Positions 1-13,021 are shown, counted from the first letter of the whole stretch. The stretch: DNA of 62,673 nt, filler included, from Rhabdomonas costata (GCA_019059605.1; 30 parts of 30 records of this genome joined end to end with filler, not necessarily neighbours in it); one strand, 5' to 3'. Translations and numbers: made by a program. Notes: generated by a model from the sequence alone, not told the origin.

Positions 1-6
1 GGGGTT

Positions 7-81
7 GTGGTGCAGAGCAAAGGCCAGTGGAGAAACCTGCTTTCCACACTTGCTTCTCCACTGGCCTTTGCTCTGCACCAC
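7..81. repeat. Contig-terminal inverted repeat (28-bp arms, 19-nt loop)
   Basis: GTGGTGCAGAGCAAAGGCCAGTGGAGAA (7-34) is the exact reverse complement of 54-81. Confidence 0.9.
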
Positions 82-1994
82 TGCCTTCTCCCAAAAGCTG
101 TCCTTACGAACTGCCTGCTTCTAAATCGCTTTTTTACTGCTCTCGCACAGATTTACGAATTTCTTGAACACATTCAAGCCTCAATTGATCTCTGCTCTTT
201 AAAACGAACTCCTCTGGCTCCTTACCAACTTCTGCGACAAACCAAGCTTCCAAGCTACTACGAAAGCTGTCTCTTTTATTTTCTACTACAAAACGTTCTT
301 CCTACGTATGCTGAGCCGTTACACCCTCCCCTGATAGGACGGAGGGTGCACTTATGCCTCCGACGTCCGATCACTTCAACGGCTCAGCTCTTCTAGCTGA
401 ACAATTCGTACCACAAAAAAGCTTAACGTTATACGATTTGAATTTTCGTTCTCTGTACGAAAAGCATACACACCATGCGAAGCAACACAGAACTACACCT
501 CCACAATAACATTGTCCACCGCTCAAAGTCCCGCTGCGACAACACCAACGACAAAGAACGTAGCTCATTAGCGAAAGTACCCTCTGCTGCTCCACCTGAA
601 AGGTAACAACACACAGCAACAAATACAACTCAACTCAGCTCTTCGTCCAACACTACGAAATCTCCTGCTATCTAATACCCGCTCAAAACCCCAAACAAGT
701 GCAAAAGGGAGATTTTTAAACGCCCCACACTTCACATCATTGCGTTGCGCAATTTTCAATATCCAACTCCAACACGTCAGTTCAAAAAGCCACCAAACAC
801 TTCCAAAGTTCCTTTTGATTCTTCAACTTGATGTTGAAAGTCCTCGGCTTCAATTCGAAGTATTCTTCTTCAAAATCCGCACCATCACCACATCGTCATC
901 CGAATCCTTCGAACTTTTCGGAAACTTTTTCTCCACCATGTTCTCCTTGTCGAAACCCTTGAAATAATCCTTTTACGATCTCCAACTCCTCACCTTTCAA
1001 CCTTCTCGCTTACGATTCGAATCTCGTTAGCCGCGCCCAGTTTCCTAGTGAGCCTTCGGAGCTCCATCTCTTCAAAAACTGTCTCAATATCTCAATTTCA
1101 ATCAGCTGCAATGCAGAAGGGGAACCAATTTACGTGCAGGTGGTGCCGTGGGAGGAACAGTTATTTTTGTTGAAGGGCACGCTCAAAGATAGGACTCAAA
1201 GTATTCATTCCCACACAGGGCCATCCTCGCGGCACTCAGTCACTTGCTCTGTGGGCGGTTGCCTCGTGGTCTAAGCGGCTCTGTTTTAGCATATCTTAGA
1301 CAACCAAATGCCAACAAACTGGCCCAATAAACCCCGAGGAAAACACAGATCTAAGAATCAGATTCTCAACATATGCACATCGTTCAAACGACGTCTTTTT
1401 TCGGAGGTCAGTTGCCGTTTAGTGCACCGGGACACCACCGTGGAGGAATTGGGGAGGGTGACCCAAAGATTTCGTCAAGGGGTCCTCATCTTACAGTTCT
1501 GGATGTTCTTCAGCGTTATTCTTGCCTGCCGAGTATCTGGTGAGCGCCGGCTTGAATCACGGCGGTGAGAAAGCGGCTCAGGTTTGCGTTGACAAGGGGC
1601 TGGTCCGCGGGACGGTCCGCTCCGCCAGACAGAGTGTACACCGGACATCACAGGAAGTAGGGATCTGTGGCCGAGGATCTGAATAAGCTTTGAAGATGTG
1701 CGTGACATTTGGCTTCTGTGGGTGTGGGACACGCACCGTCCAATGCACGTGGCCAGAAGGTCAAGTGCAAGCGGCACGCCTCAGTGGCGGGGCGTGTAAC
1801 CATTTCACCTCCTGCGTCCGCGTCCAACCAATCAGATCGAAGTTGGCGTCCGAAAAACCTGCGCCGATATTGGCAACCAATTAATTCAACAATGGTTGCT
1901 TCGAGCCGAAACCATAGCGAAGTGCGCTTTGACCCTTTGAAGAGGAGATTGCGCTTCACAGTTGTGGACAATTTCGGTTGGACCATCTCCCAAA

Positions 1995-2094
1995 NNNNNN
2001 NNNNNNNNNNNNNNNNNNNNNNNNNNNNNNNNNNNNNNTTAATTAATTAANNNNNNNNNNNNNNNNNNNNNNNNNNNNNNNNNNNNNNNNNNNN
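1995..2094. other. Artificial contig spacer (first of 29): N44-TTAATTAATTAA-N44
   Basis: The same 100-bp block recurs about every 2.09 kb. TTAATTAATTAA gives stops in all six frames, a known concatenation linker. Sequences on either side are unrelated. Confidence 0.98.
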
Positions 2095-2098
2095 GGGG

Positions 2099-2158
2099 TT
2101 TTTTATTTTCAGATTGCGGAAGTGGATGCATCCACTTCCGCAATCTGAAAATAAAAAA
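2099..2158. repeat. Perfect 60-bp palindrome at contig start
   Basis: TTTTTTATTTTCAGATTGCGGAAGTGGATG|CATCCACTTCCGCAATCTGAAAATAAAAAA, centred at 2128/2129. Confidence 0.92.
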
Positions 2159-3596
2159 TCGCCACAGTAAATATTCCCATCACATCTGAGATGCATCTTC
2201 CACCCATCCACCCAGCGTTGACCACTATCTATGTCCTGTGCTTGAAGAAGACTGTTCGCTGGAAGCTGCGTCAGCTTCCATTGACGTTAGAATTTGTTCA
2301 CAAGGCAAGCTTCAAGAGCGCAACTGTGCCGCATGTGCCAACGAAGCCAGCAGAAGGATGATACAAAAACCACAGCTGCCATTAAGCGCCTCTTCAGCTT
2401 CAGATTGATCACATTATGCGCCCAAGTGTGTGACTCCTAGGACACCAAAGTCCTCAAAGCAGCCTGAAACGCGCAGCGTTTTCCATGCGCTGGAACCCAG
2501 CAAAGACGCTGACGACTGGTGGTGACCGCAGCCACGAGGAAAGGTCTGGAGCAGGTCGGACACCTTTCGCAAATGTCCATTCAAAACCGAGAGGCAAACC
2601 ATTTCAAAAAGATTATCCACACAAAAACCAGCAATAGCGAGAAGTAAAAGAGATAATCCAACCCAGACATCTGAATTCCGAGCAGCTCAAAAAGGGAGCT
2701 TGGCGAAGAAACAGTCTGCGAAAACCAAGCAAAGGCTCTGTCGGGAGCAAGTAGTGTCAAGAACACCAACGCCGTTAGGCAGTTCCAAGAATCACAGGGC
2801 ATGTCCGCACAAACCGAGTGCCAGTGTCCATTTGAGGAGCAAAGCAGTTTTCTCCAATGATGGTACATACTGCTTCTTGACAGGTAAAGTAATGTTGAGC
2901 ATCCACAATGCCTTTATCATACTAACATTACCTGGCGGGACCGGGGGCCCTGACTCACCGCCCTCTTTTTGGAGAAAGTGATTGTGGTGCAGGTTCAAAT
3001 TGTTATGCCCCTAGTTGAAAGTCTGAATAATGCACGCGAAAGGTTCACACGGTTAACGCGGTTAACGCGACACAGACGGGTGTGTGGTTGACTGCGAAAG
3101 CGGCGCAACAATAGACGCGCTCAGGTTGCCAATCAGTGATGGTTTTGGTTTGTCATGCCATGCTTTCCAATGGTAGGCCACATGAAATCAAGCAACAGCA
3201 GGAGTTACCAAAAAACAGAAGAACACACAAGAAGTATTGCACAGTAATCAAAAACGTCACTTATCAGAAAACATCACTTCGAGAAGACATGTACATCAAG
3301 GTTCATGCACTCCACACACCAGTCGAAGATCAAACTGCCTGAAGAGAAGCAAAAAGAAGAGAAAGGTCACTTCCAAGTGCACTAGCAAGCGGCATGCTCG
3401 TATATTACACGGGCAACCAAAATTTCAAAATTTCGGCTCCAAAACAACGGGCACAAGATTGTCAGTCCAAACACCGGTAATGTAACATCTGAGGAGGATA
3501 CCAACCGAACAAGGAGATGTGCCCAGCCCGGGTGTTCGCTCAACAACCAAGATAACGACGAGAAAAGGGCACAAAGGGGCGTTCACAACATCAGAC

Positions 3597-3680
3597 CTCT
3601 TCAGGGTTATCCGCAGGGAGTGGAGAGAGTGAGGCAGCCGCTTCTTGGGCGGCCCTGTTCAGCTTTCGCTGCCGCTTGGC
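3597..3680 (-). CDS. Isolated exon of a hypothetical protein (AKRQRKLNRAAQEAAASLSPLPADNPEE)
   Basis: TAG acceptor, GT donor, 84 nt open in phase 0. No recognisable domain. Confidence 0.4.
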
Positions 3681-4879
3681 CTACAGACCCACGCACCTCA
3701 CTACCCAAAATCCAAAAAAATGCCTGTGCGTGACACTGAATGACGATGAACTACCGGAGCTGCACCGGAGCTTTTTTTTTGAGGGGGTGCCCAGCGTTGC
3801 ATTGGAGATGGGGGTGATTCCGTTTTCAATGACCCCCCCGGGGGGGGGTCACCAGCTGGGTCGCCAGCACCCCAAGATATTTCCCAGCTATCTGCTCTGC
3901 ATCATACCACAGCACTGCTCATAAAGTCAGCGTGCTCGTCACGGACAGTTTGAATAACTTTTGCTGACAATGTGCAATGCACAAAATGCCACTCTGTCTG
4001 CGCCCCTGGTGCTGACCACAGTCTCCGAAAACGAAACGAGAACCACTTCTGCATCCAGTATAACAGTTCGAATAGCCGAAAAACACCCNNNNNNNNNNNN
4101 NNNNNNNNNNNNNNNNNNNNNNNNNNNNNNNNTTAATTAATTAANNNNNNNNNNNNNNNNNNNNNNNNNNNNNNNNNNNNNNNNNNNNGATTTAAGGGCT
4201 TTACGGGAGACACAACAGATTCGTAACTGTGGAGGACTCTCCTGGCCTCTGGGTTCCAGGTGAGGAAGGAAGCCCCGCCCCCTGATTGAATAGCAGCAGT
4301 CGGTTCTGCTCCGCCCCGAGGACCTTCTCGGGTCTTTCGGTCCGCCCTATTCGCGCTGGACTTCACTATCGTTAACTATTTGCATTTTAACGTTCATAAT
4401 ATTGGACGTTTTGTATTGGGTTTTTCCTGGGTATTTCTGGTGTGTCAGAGGCTGACTTTGGTGAAAAGATATTTTAGTGGCGAAAGCCAGCGCCGCGGCC
4501 GCCGGAGGCTGGGAACGTGCCTGGGAGGACTGGGGAGTTTCGTAGTAACGCACCCTAAAAGCGATAAATGAGGGGGGTTTTCTGACGGCCGAGTCTACCA
4601 GCATAGTTTTGAACCTTATCGTTAACCGACGTGAAAACGTTTAACGTCGTTAAATCGTGTACCCCCCCTCCTCCAAAAATGCACGAGACGCGATTTTTAT
4701 GGAATCTCGAAATGCTTTTAAGAGGTTTGATGCTGCAGTGAAAATGCCGAGTGAAACTCAAATGTCTCCTTAGGTCGCTTGTGAATCCCTCCTCCTCCCA
4801 CGCCCACCCCAGAAAAACTTCACATCGTTCTCAATTGAACTCCATTTCATAATCCAGATAGTACTTGGAACACCAAAGA

Positions 4880-5455
4880 GCGGTGCTAACTCTGGACGAG
4901 TTGCACGCTTTTGATGACAAAGGCCGCAGCTGTTACCGCCTAACCGGAATGCCGCCTGGCTCTTGTCCAGCCTCGATCATAATCTCGGATCCACCCCAGC
5001 GCACGAGGGTTGCTTCGAAACAAACACTGGAGCATCGTCTCGAGGTTTCCTGTCACCCGCAATATCCGCTCCATATGAACATCATAAACGGAACGGACCT
5101 CCTCGCATGATAAACTGGTGCGGTTACCTTGGAAAGGCGGGCGCAGCCAGATGCGCTTCACTTCCGGTGGGAACGCAGAGTTGTGAACAATTGAGAAAGA
5201 GGTACCCGCTCTCCTCTTCATCAGCTCCAACTCGACGCTCATCAAAATCTCATCGCTGAACCAGTCTACTCCATGGGAATTCATCGGCGCCAGCCTATTG
5301 CGGTCAGCCACCGACGGAGGCCCGTACATGCGCAGCAGGTTGGTTTGCATCGCATTAACCATGGTGCTGCGATTGCAGCGGTGCAGCCCCAGAAGTTCTT
5401 GCCACCGCTCAGTGGACATTCCAGTGTACGACATGGAGCAGTGAGTGAAGACCAC
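4880..5455 (-). pseudogene. Possible degenerate Ulp1/peptidase C48-like sequence (transposon-cargo type)
   Basis: An intronless ORF has WFSDEIL...ELMKRR, P-x3-GNRTSL (where HW is expected) and VYD. After a frame change comes Q...GNSCG, then FVIK in another frame. Motif order matches C48 proteases, but the catalytic His is absent. Confidence 0.25.
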
Positions 5456-8400
5456 TTCTGTGGAGGAAGGGGGCTGAGCTTCGGGCCGGGGACGGAACCT
5501 CTCAGTCCCATTGTAGGGCGCAAGAATGAGATGGTCAGTGCGCAGAGAAGGGATATCCCTGCAAACACAAGGTGGAAATATTCAGAGCTCACAACAAGCC
5601 GGCAATACAAGCGAGTCTCGTAGCTCTTGCGTCTCTCTCATTCTCTTCTGTTGTCTGCTCCCGCCCTCCTGCACTTGTTGAAATGTTCCTTGGTCCTTTA
5701 AAACAAAAGTTTCCGAAGAAAATTTCACAAGCGACAGCACAAACAATGAGCAACCAAAACTCAATTGAAAAAACAACAGTTGAATTTTCAAGAATTTTTG
5801 CAACTTGATATTGTTATCAAAACCAAAGCGTTTTGTTTCACCACAGAAAGCTCTCTTTGGGACTGAAGACAACGCGCCTCATCCTGGTGAATGCTCAACT
5901 CAGCGAGGCCCACGTGAATGCTTTTTTCTCCCGCGTTCTTGAACTATAGTTTTCCCTCACACCTGAGCTGGTGCGAGCAGACACCTAAAAGTCGGATAGA
6001 TGAGGTGAGCCGTGAGGCAGTGGCTCGCAAAAAGACACCGAGCCTTTTTCCGCCCTGACAAGCGTCGCAACGATACCGATGTGGCGCATTTTTCCGCACC
6101 CAGGGTAGTACTCTCTTGCTGCATTTTCGATGCTCCCATTCATGTCGAGCAAGGACATGCACTGCTAATTAACCAAAACNNNNNNNNNNNNNNNNNNNNN
6201 NNNNNNNNNNNNNNNNNNNNNNNTTAATTAATTAANNNNNNNNNNNNNNNNNNNNNNNNNNNNNNNNNNNNNNNNNNNNGGTGTTGGGTTTGGCCTGGCG
6301 GCCATTGGCCTTCACTGAGGGGTGTTGTCGGTTTGCGTGGCCATGGTGACTACCCGCGTGAGTGTCCTTTGTGAGAGGTTTTCGCCTGTCATCGCTGGTA
6401 GCAGATCATTGGGTTGTGTCAATTGGTGTGTTTGCTGTGCAGCTCTCCAGGCTCGCTTGGGGAGCATGGCTGTGTATTCCTGCATCCTGTCTGGCGAGCG
6501 AGACAAATGTCCACGGCTTGCTTTGATAAAATTCCTTACCAGTCGAATGCATGCCCGCCGTGTTAGTCTTCTTCTTCTTCTGCCCGCTTTCTTTTCTCTC
6601 TGGCTGTTGAGTTCTGAAGTTTACCCGGATCTTGCCGCGACTCTCTGAACCCCTAATGATTGTATGAGGCTTTCCGGGCGTGTGTGCACTGCCTCTTCTT
6701 TCTCCTTCACGGCTCATGTTTCAGCTCCTATCATGATATTCTTTGTTGGTCATCAGGGTTCTGTGTATTCGGGGGGTGTATATACCTTCATATTCATTGG
6801 TTGCTCAGCCCCCACCCCGGCACCCCGCTGCTGCGCCTTGCTCTTTTTGCCGCTGCTTAGCGCGGTTGGATGGAGAGCTTGGTGCACTTCGCAATGTCCC
6901 ACCCTTCCTGCCATATTCCATTCTCTATGCATGCTTATTGTATTGCCCTCATTGCTGCACACTCTCACGCATCAAGGCAAGACGCTTCCCATCGCAGTTG
7001 TCTCATCGATGAGAAATGCAGCTGATGTAATGTGTTTGGCTTTGAGTTGACGGCGTATTGTCGAACGCACGTAAACCGTCTTCACCTCGTCTCTTTCCTG
7101 CTGATTCGCTGCCTGTCGTTTCCTGTCGTTTTCGCTGCTTGGGGAGCAAGGTGGCAACGCCTGAAGCTTTGGCTGCTTCACGGCGTCCATGCTATACGGG
7201 CAGCGTGAAGTGCACTTCTTCTCCTCGAATGTGCGCTTCTCTCGAGGACAACCCACGCGAGTGTTACCGCTGATGACGTCCTTATGAAGGTCTGGTTCGA
7301 ATCGCTGCAGGTCTGGCAATGCAAAATGTTTTCTGTCGTTCATCATTCAGCTTCGGATGGATCTTTTGTTGTGAATTGTTTCCTCTCGTGCACGCGCGAT
7401 ACTTACACCATCGCCATGGATAGAGGCTTCCAGCTTCCATGCATGCGCCTCGAGTCCCCATCTCCCTCCCCGACCCCCAACCCGTGTTTGCGCCCCGATT
7501 ACATTCACTTATATATCTTGGCCCACCACAGAAAGCTCCCCTGCACATCGTTGGTTTCATGCAATAGGTTTCCCCGACCCGAGGTTTGTGCATGTGCGTG
7601 AGAGTAATGGTTAGGATTGGATCGGGTTCGCAGGGGAAGTTGTTGAAACCGAACAGTGCTGGTCAGTTGTGTGCTATATCCATGCTTTGAGTGATCGATA
7701 CCCAACTCCCGTCTCAATGAGACTGACTTGTCCTCAGATGGCGTGCAGCTTTACTGTGGCAGGGATTGTGTGCTGCTGTTTATGCGCACACCTGGATGGC
7801 TTCATCCGAAGGATGGTCCTTCTGCTGTTGACTCCTCTCCACCACGGGGTGTGACGCCATCGCACTGTCACCTCTCTGCATGAGTGCCAGTTTCCTGCCA
7901 GACAGCCAAACGGAACATCTCTGGAACATTCTCATTTAGTTTGGAGGGGAGCCGTTTCTCAGGTTGTGTGTGGAGCTGGTTCCACGGCGCGGCGGCGTGT
8001 CAGAGCACTTTGCCCTCCTCTGTGCCACATGTGTCTCCACCCCCCCACCCGGCTTTGGGTTTGTCACTTCGCCTTGTCCCTGGCATGTCCACATTGCCCA
8101 GTCACTCACTAACACCACCAACCCAAGTTTGCGCGCGTGTTCCGCGACTCTATTTGTCTCCCCGTGTTCTTACGCACAACCTCAGGTTTCCTACCATTGC
8201 AAAAACTTCACTGGTGGATTTGGACATAATCGACTGTTTTTTGCGGACCAAGACATCGGAAAAACTACAGGGNNNNNNNNNNNNNNNNNNNNNNNNNNNN
8301 NNNNNNNNNNNNNNNNTTAATTAATTAANNNNNNNNNNNNNNNNNNNNNNNNNNNNNNNNNNNNNNNNNNNNGGTGGGTGTGTGCGTGTGCCTTCGTTTC

Positions 8401-8479
8401 GACGCCCGTTTCGACGCTTCAAGTAATCCAGATAACCAAACCAAAAGAGTGGTAGAAGCAAGGAGGTGAGCTCGCAAAC

Positions 8480-10366
8480 CATTTCCTTGGGAAACAGCTC
8501 GTTGACCTTCTCGGACTGCGCGTTGAGGTAGGCCAGCGTGCCGCGCTCCGTCGGGGGACCTGCCGCGGTGGGCGGAGGCCCCTCCGACCCTCCAGCAAGC
8601 AGCTCCAACCTCCGCCGCTCTGCTTCGGGCTGAGGAAATCACACAACTATACGCATAAATCCTGCGAGCACGACGCGTACTGTTGCAGGCTTTTTTCGCT
8701 GCCAATCGGCAGTTTCTCGCAGAGCTGAACACTATCTGGAAGTTAGGGAGTTAAGAAACTTCAATAGCGCTCCCTGCGCTCGTCCAGTCTGGCATTCATG
8801 GCTGGGAAGCCACTCTTCGGCTCTTCTTCCGCCTGGATCCTCAGGTCACCTTATTCTAATAATTCCAAATATGCTCGGCGCACACTCCATACGACCCAGC
8901 ATTCTCACACTTGACCATATATAGTTTACGCGCCGCCTTATTTATGAGCCTTCATACGAGCCTTTCCGTTGAAAGGAAGAAGAGCTTCTCGCCTTCATGT
9001 TCGCGGTTCTGGGGAAATACTTCGGGAACCACTCTGGCTTCTATTTTGATGATTTTCAATGTGGTAGTTTTGGGAGCAACAGCGAGGAAGAGGAGGGGGG
9101 TGACAAAAGGTTCAAAAAGAAATGGAGCAACCAGGCTAGGGAGGATACGAGGGTGACAGAGAGGAAATGTGAGAATTATATGTATGCGGTCGGGTGGCAG
9201 CAGCCTTCAGGCAGAGATCGCGAATGCCGCAGGTGAACCCGGAGGAGCGCAGGTACTTCCCCAGCATCCGGCCCAGACTAGCCAGCGCCATCGACGCCAC
9301 CTGGGGTCCGTACAGCTCATGCACGGCCTGAATGGCACACTCCCACCCATCCACATAAACATGCGAACACCAGTCAAACGAACACAGACTCCTTCAAAAA
9401 ACCCAGAATTACAAATTACAAATTACAAATGAGACCAGCAACTGGAGAGGTAACAGCTCTGAAGTGGGGCTCTTAGTCTTAAGGCATTCAAATGACGGTG
9501 CACTTAGCTTCACCCTGCCACCTACCACCTCATTTTCTATAAAAAAAAAAGAAAAACTGCGTCAATGACAGTCAGCACAAGACCTTTGCACACATGCCAT
9601 ACAGGAAGGCTGACCGAATCTTTCTGGTACTTGGAAAAGATTCTGCGAGCATTGGTCCACCAGCTAGACAAGTATTGACACATGATAAAGAGATGCTCAA
9701 ATTACTGGCGAGACTAACCCTAACCCTAGCCCTGGTTGACTACCTTTAGGTAAGGTGGTCAACTAGCTAACTTCACCAAAGGAATAGAGCTTCATCTTAG
9801 CTTTCTTTCAAGCGCAGCAAGCGGAAAAGACGCGGCAGATCGAAAGAAGCAGGGGCAGCCGGGGACATTGGGGAGAGGGGCAACACGTACGTGAAGAAGG
9901 GAGAACTGCTGTGGCCCAATCTGAACGCCGTCCAACGTGCCTGCACCACACAGAGCCAAGAGAGTCAAGACACGGCAGTGTGTACCCGTGTAGGCCGGTG
10001 CCGAAGGACGTGGGTAATCAAGGGATGAAGCCAGATTGGGAAATGTATTGTTCAGGAAGCGCACTGATGCTAACGACAGACCATGGGTTCCGCCAGAGTT
10101 TTCCTCCCGAACTACCAGAAAACTTATTCTCAACGCACACGTGACGGCGCTTTTGTTGTCCCTGCTTCAAAAAAAAACCGGCGATCGGTAATGCCCAGTC
10201 TAGCCTAGCGACGCCTGCATTGAGCGTCAGCCACTCGCGACCATTGGAATGCAACTTTCAATTCTCAGTAAAGGTGAGAGAGCAGCAGCAGCAAGCACCT
10301 CGCAGCATCCGCCCGTGGCGGATGATAACCTTCTCTTCCGTAAGCTCGCTATCGTTCACAAACACC
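8480..10366 (-). CDS. RPA1: DNA-directed RNA polymerase I largest subunit, partial (4 exons)
   Basis: Exons 10366(partial)-10299, 9940-9891, 9327-9205 and 8629-8480 splice in frame to EEKVIIRHGRMLRGTLDGVQIGPQQFSLLHAVHELYGPQVASMALASLGRMLGKYLRSSGFTCGIRDLCLKPEAERRRLELL...SEKVNELFPKEM. HELYG and FTCG-x-x-DL are characteristic of the Pol I largest subunit. Confidence 0.9.
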
Positions 10367-11396
10367 NNNNNNNNNNNNNNNNNNNNNNNNNNNNNNNNNN
10401 NNNNNNNNNNTTAATTAATTAANNNNNNNNNNNNNNNNNNNNNNNNNNNNNNNNNNNNNNNNNNNNGGGTGGGTGGGTCTGGGCTTCATTGCTTGGTGAG
10501 TACCCAAAACTTCGGTCTTTGGCCTATCCTCCTTCACCTGTGGTCGCGGGCCTGGGTTGGGTTTGGTCGCCTCTTCGTTCTGGCCATCGCTGGCATCTGT
10601 GGAGGCCCCATCGGGAAAACACCCTACTTTCCTCCCGGCAATCACAATCCTGAGTCCCGAGGGGCAGACGGATGTTCTGATGATTCACGTGTAAAGTGTT
10701 ATCGCGGGATTTTCAACTTATGCAATGGGACGCGCCGCGTTGCCGCGGGTGCACTACCTGTGCTTTTGCTTGCGGTGAGTAATGACTTCCAGGAGAGGTT
10801 TTCTTGAGCTTGATATCCTTCGAGCTGTGTGATCTCCGCCAACTAGAGTAACGGGCTGCGTGGCACGTCCCACAACGGTTCCGAGGTGACCTCGGAAATA
10901 AACACGGGCTATGGCGGGATGAGTGGATAGACACCCTCACCAAAACACTCCGAAAAAAAGGTGGCCCTTTTGTATGCTTACGTCTAGCTTTGCTCCGCCT
11001 TCTTTCTATTTCAGAGCGGAGCTGCCGCCCAACACAAATGCACCACCACACGCTGCCCCTTCACCAGGCGAAGTCGTGGGTGAGCGACTGCGGCGATTGG
11101 TTGGTATGGTTTGTTTGTGACTGGGGAACGGGGCATCCCACCGACGTTGTTTGCTCAGGGATGGGCTGGTTGTAGTGCAACTCTGCGGACGAAATAAATG
11201 GAGAATCCGGTAGTCACTTCCCCGCAGATATAATTCGTGCACTTCGCGGTGGTGCCTCAGGACATTCTGTACGCTCCGATACCCGAGATACCTGGGGCAG
11301 TTGGCACATGGCGTGTAAACGACACCATACCACTAACCCTACGTCGGCAGAGCTGATGTCCCGGCAATCCAACTCTGAACAAACACATCGGCACAC

Positions 11397-11585
11397 CGGA
11401 GCAGCCCGAGAGCGTGAAGGTTCCGTAAGTGGAGCTGCAGCTCACGCTCACGGTGCCGGAGTAGCCCGAGGCGCAGCTCAGCCCTGTGCAGCTCGAGGCA
11501 CTGACGTACCCGGGGCCACATCCACTACCACCGTAGGAGTAGCCCGCGGGCAGGGTCGAGGGCAGATAGCAACTCAACCAGCTCC
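11397..11585 (-). CDS. Exon encoding a Cys/Ser/Gly-rich extracellular repeat module
   Basis: CAG acceptor, GT donor, symmetric phase 1, 189 nt: SWLSCYLPSTLPAGYSYGGSGCGPGYVSASSCTGLSCASGYSGTVSVSCSSTYGTFTLSGCS. Six Cys, GC3-rich codons. Confidence 0.7.
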
Positions 11586-13021
11586 CTGTGAAACAGGAGA
11601 AGGCAGGGGTCCTGGGGTCGCACTGAACTTCAGCAGAGGGCGTTCTGCAATGCCCTAAGTTGCATCTTTTGGGTTTGTCGAGAAATGGATACGAGTCAGC
11701 GTGGTGCTCGCAAGAGAACAGGTGGTGGGGTTTAACTAAGTGCTAACAATTCAAACCCTGTTGCATTCGTTTTCTAAACTTCCTAAGCGATTCAAGAAAA
11801 TCCAGATCGATCGCTGTGGGCGTTCCTTCACAAAACCTCGAAGTTACAATGGCTTAGAGCTCAAACGCACGCCTGCGACCGGCACAAAACACCGAAAGGC
11901 CCAACGGAGGGCGCCACAGGAATATACCATCTCGTCGCGTCCGGTCCGATGGATGCATAAAACTGTCTTCAAGAACGCGGCCACATCTCCACGGAGTGCA
12001 GCGGACGCGGGTGCAGAGTGAACGCGGTTTGAACATGTCTCTAGTCTGGGATCAACGGTGAAATTTCCCAACAGGATTTCTCCACCCTCCTGTGGAACTT
12101 GTGGTGGGTACCTGTGTTGTGTGAAAAGATCCCTGGATAACATGCCTCGGCGCACGGGTGATTTCCATGTTGCGTGCATTGACGGCCAGCGTATATGGAG
12201 GTTGTTGGTCTGTGTAGCGCACCGGCCCAGAAGCCAGGCACCGGAATCACCTCCACAGTCCTGTGTCACGGTGGTGGGTGCCACAGCATGACGGCTTATG
12301 CCACCACAGGGACTTCCTCGGGGTCTCCGAAGCCGGACCTGCCAAAGGGGTCCCTGACTTGTGCGTGGCCGACGCTCGCTCTTTGTTGGGTGCTGCCACC
12401 ACCGCTGCTGCCATTTCCAGTTCGGGCCCTCTTCCTGTGCTGCCTGGTATAGCGTGATGTNNNNNNNNNNNNNNNNNNNNNNNNNNNNNNNNNNNNNNNN
12501 NNNNTTAATTAATTAANNNNNNNNNNNNNNNNNNNNNNNNNNNNNNNNNNNNNNNNNNNNGGTGTTGGGTTAGCTGTCTGCAAGATCTTGGTGCCAGATG
12601 TGATGTTACAAACCACCCTAACGAAACCCACTTTTGACATGCTGTCGTTGTCTGCGCCGCACTATGGACTCTGGATTCGCCAGTGCGGTGACACCGGAGG
12701 GATTTTGTTGTGCGCCTCTGTTTCCATCATATTTTTGAAGTCGCCGGAACTTCTGTAGAATCGCCACGGAGAGGGCCGGTTGGCGCTGCTAATCGCCTAA
12801 ATTCCAGCAAGGGCTATGGATGGTGGTGAGTCTATGTCTATGAATTCGTCTTCGTTCGCTCGGGCGACGCTGAGTTCATTACTTCAAGGGTTGGTTGTGT
12901 TCGGTGCGAGCCGTGGCTGTGGTGTCGCGCTGATCTCAAAGTTGAACCTTTCGGGCTGTTGTCACACCGTCACACCGTTGTCACACCGTTAAGCGTTTGC
13001 CCAAATCTTTTGTGCTATCAG

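Noticed and set aside
1253-1292. tRNA-Leu-like 5' half (GTGGTCTAAG)
   Set aside because: No T-arm/B-box (GTTCRA) or acceptor-stem partner.
2039-2050. Regularly spaced TTAATTAATTAA as a repeat array or CRISPR
   Set aside because: It is an artificial linker flanked by Ns. No CRISPR repeat-spacer array or cas gene was seen anywhere.
6280-6360. In-frame TGA in GLAAIGLH*GVLSVC suggesting nuclear TGA=Trp
   Set aside because: Another frame is open across the exon, and the confidently reconstructed nuclear genes use TGG for Trp with no internal TGA.
9714-9762. CTAACCCTAACCCTAGCCC telomere-like tract plus small hairpin
   Set aside because: Only 2-3 units inside an RPA1 intron; not a chromosome end.
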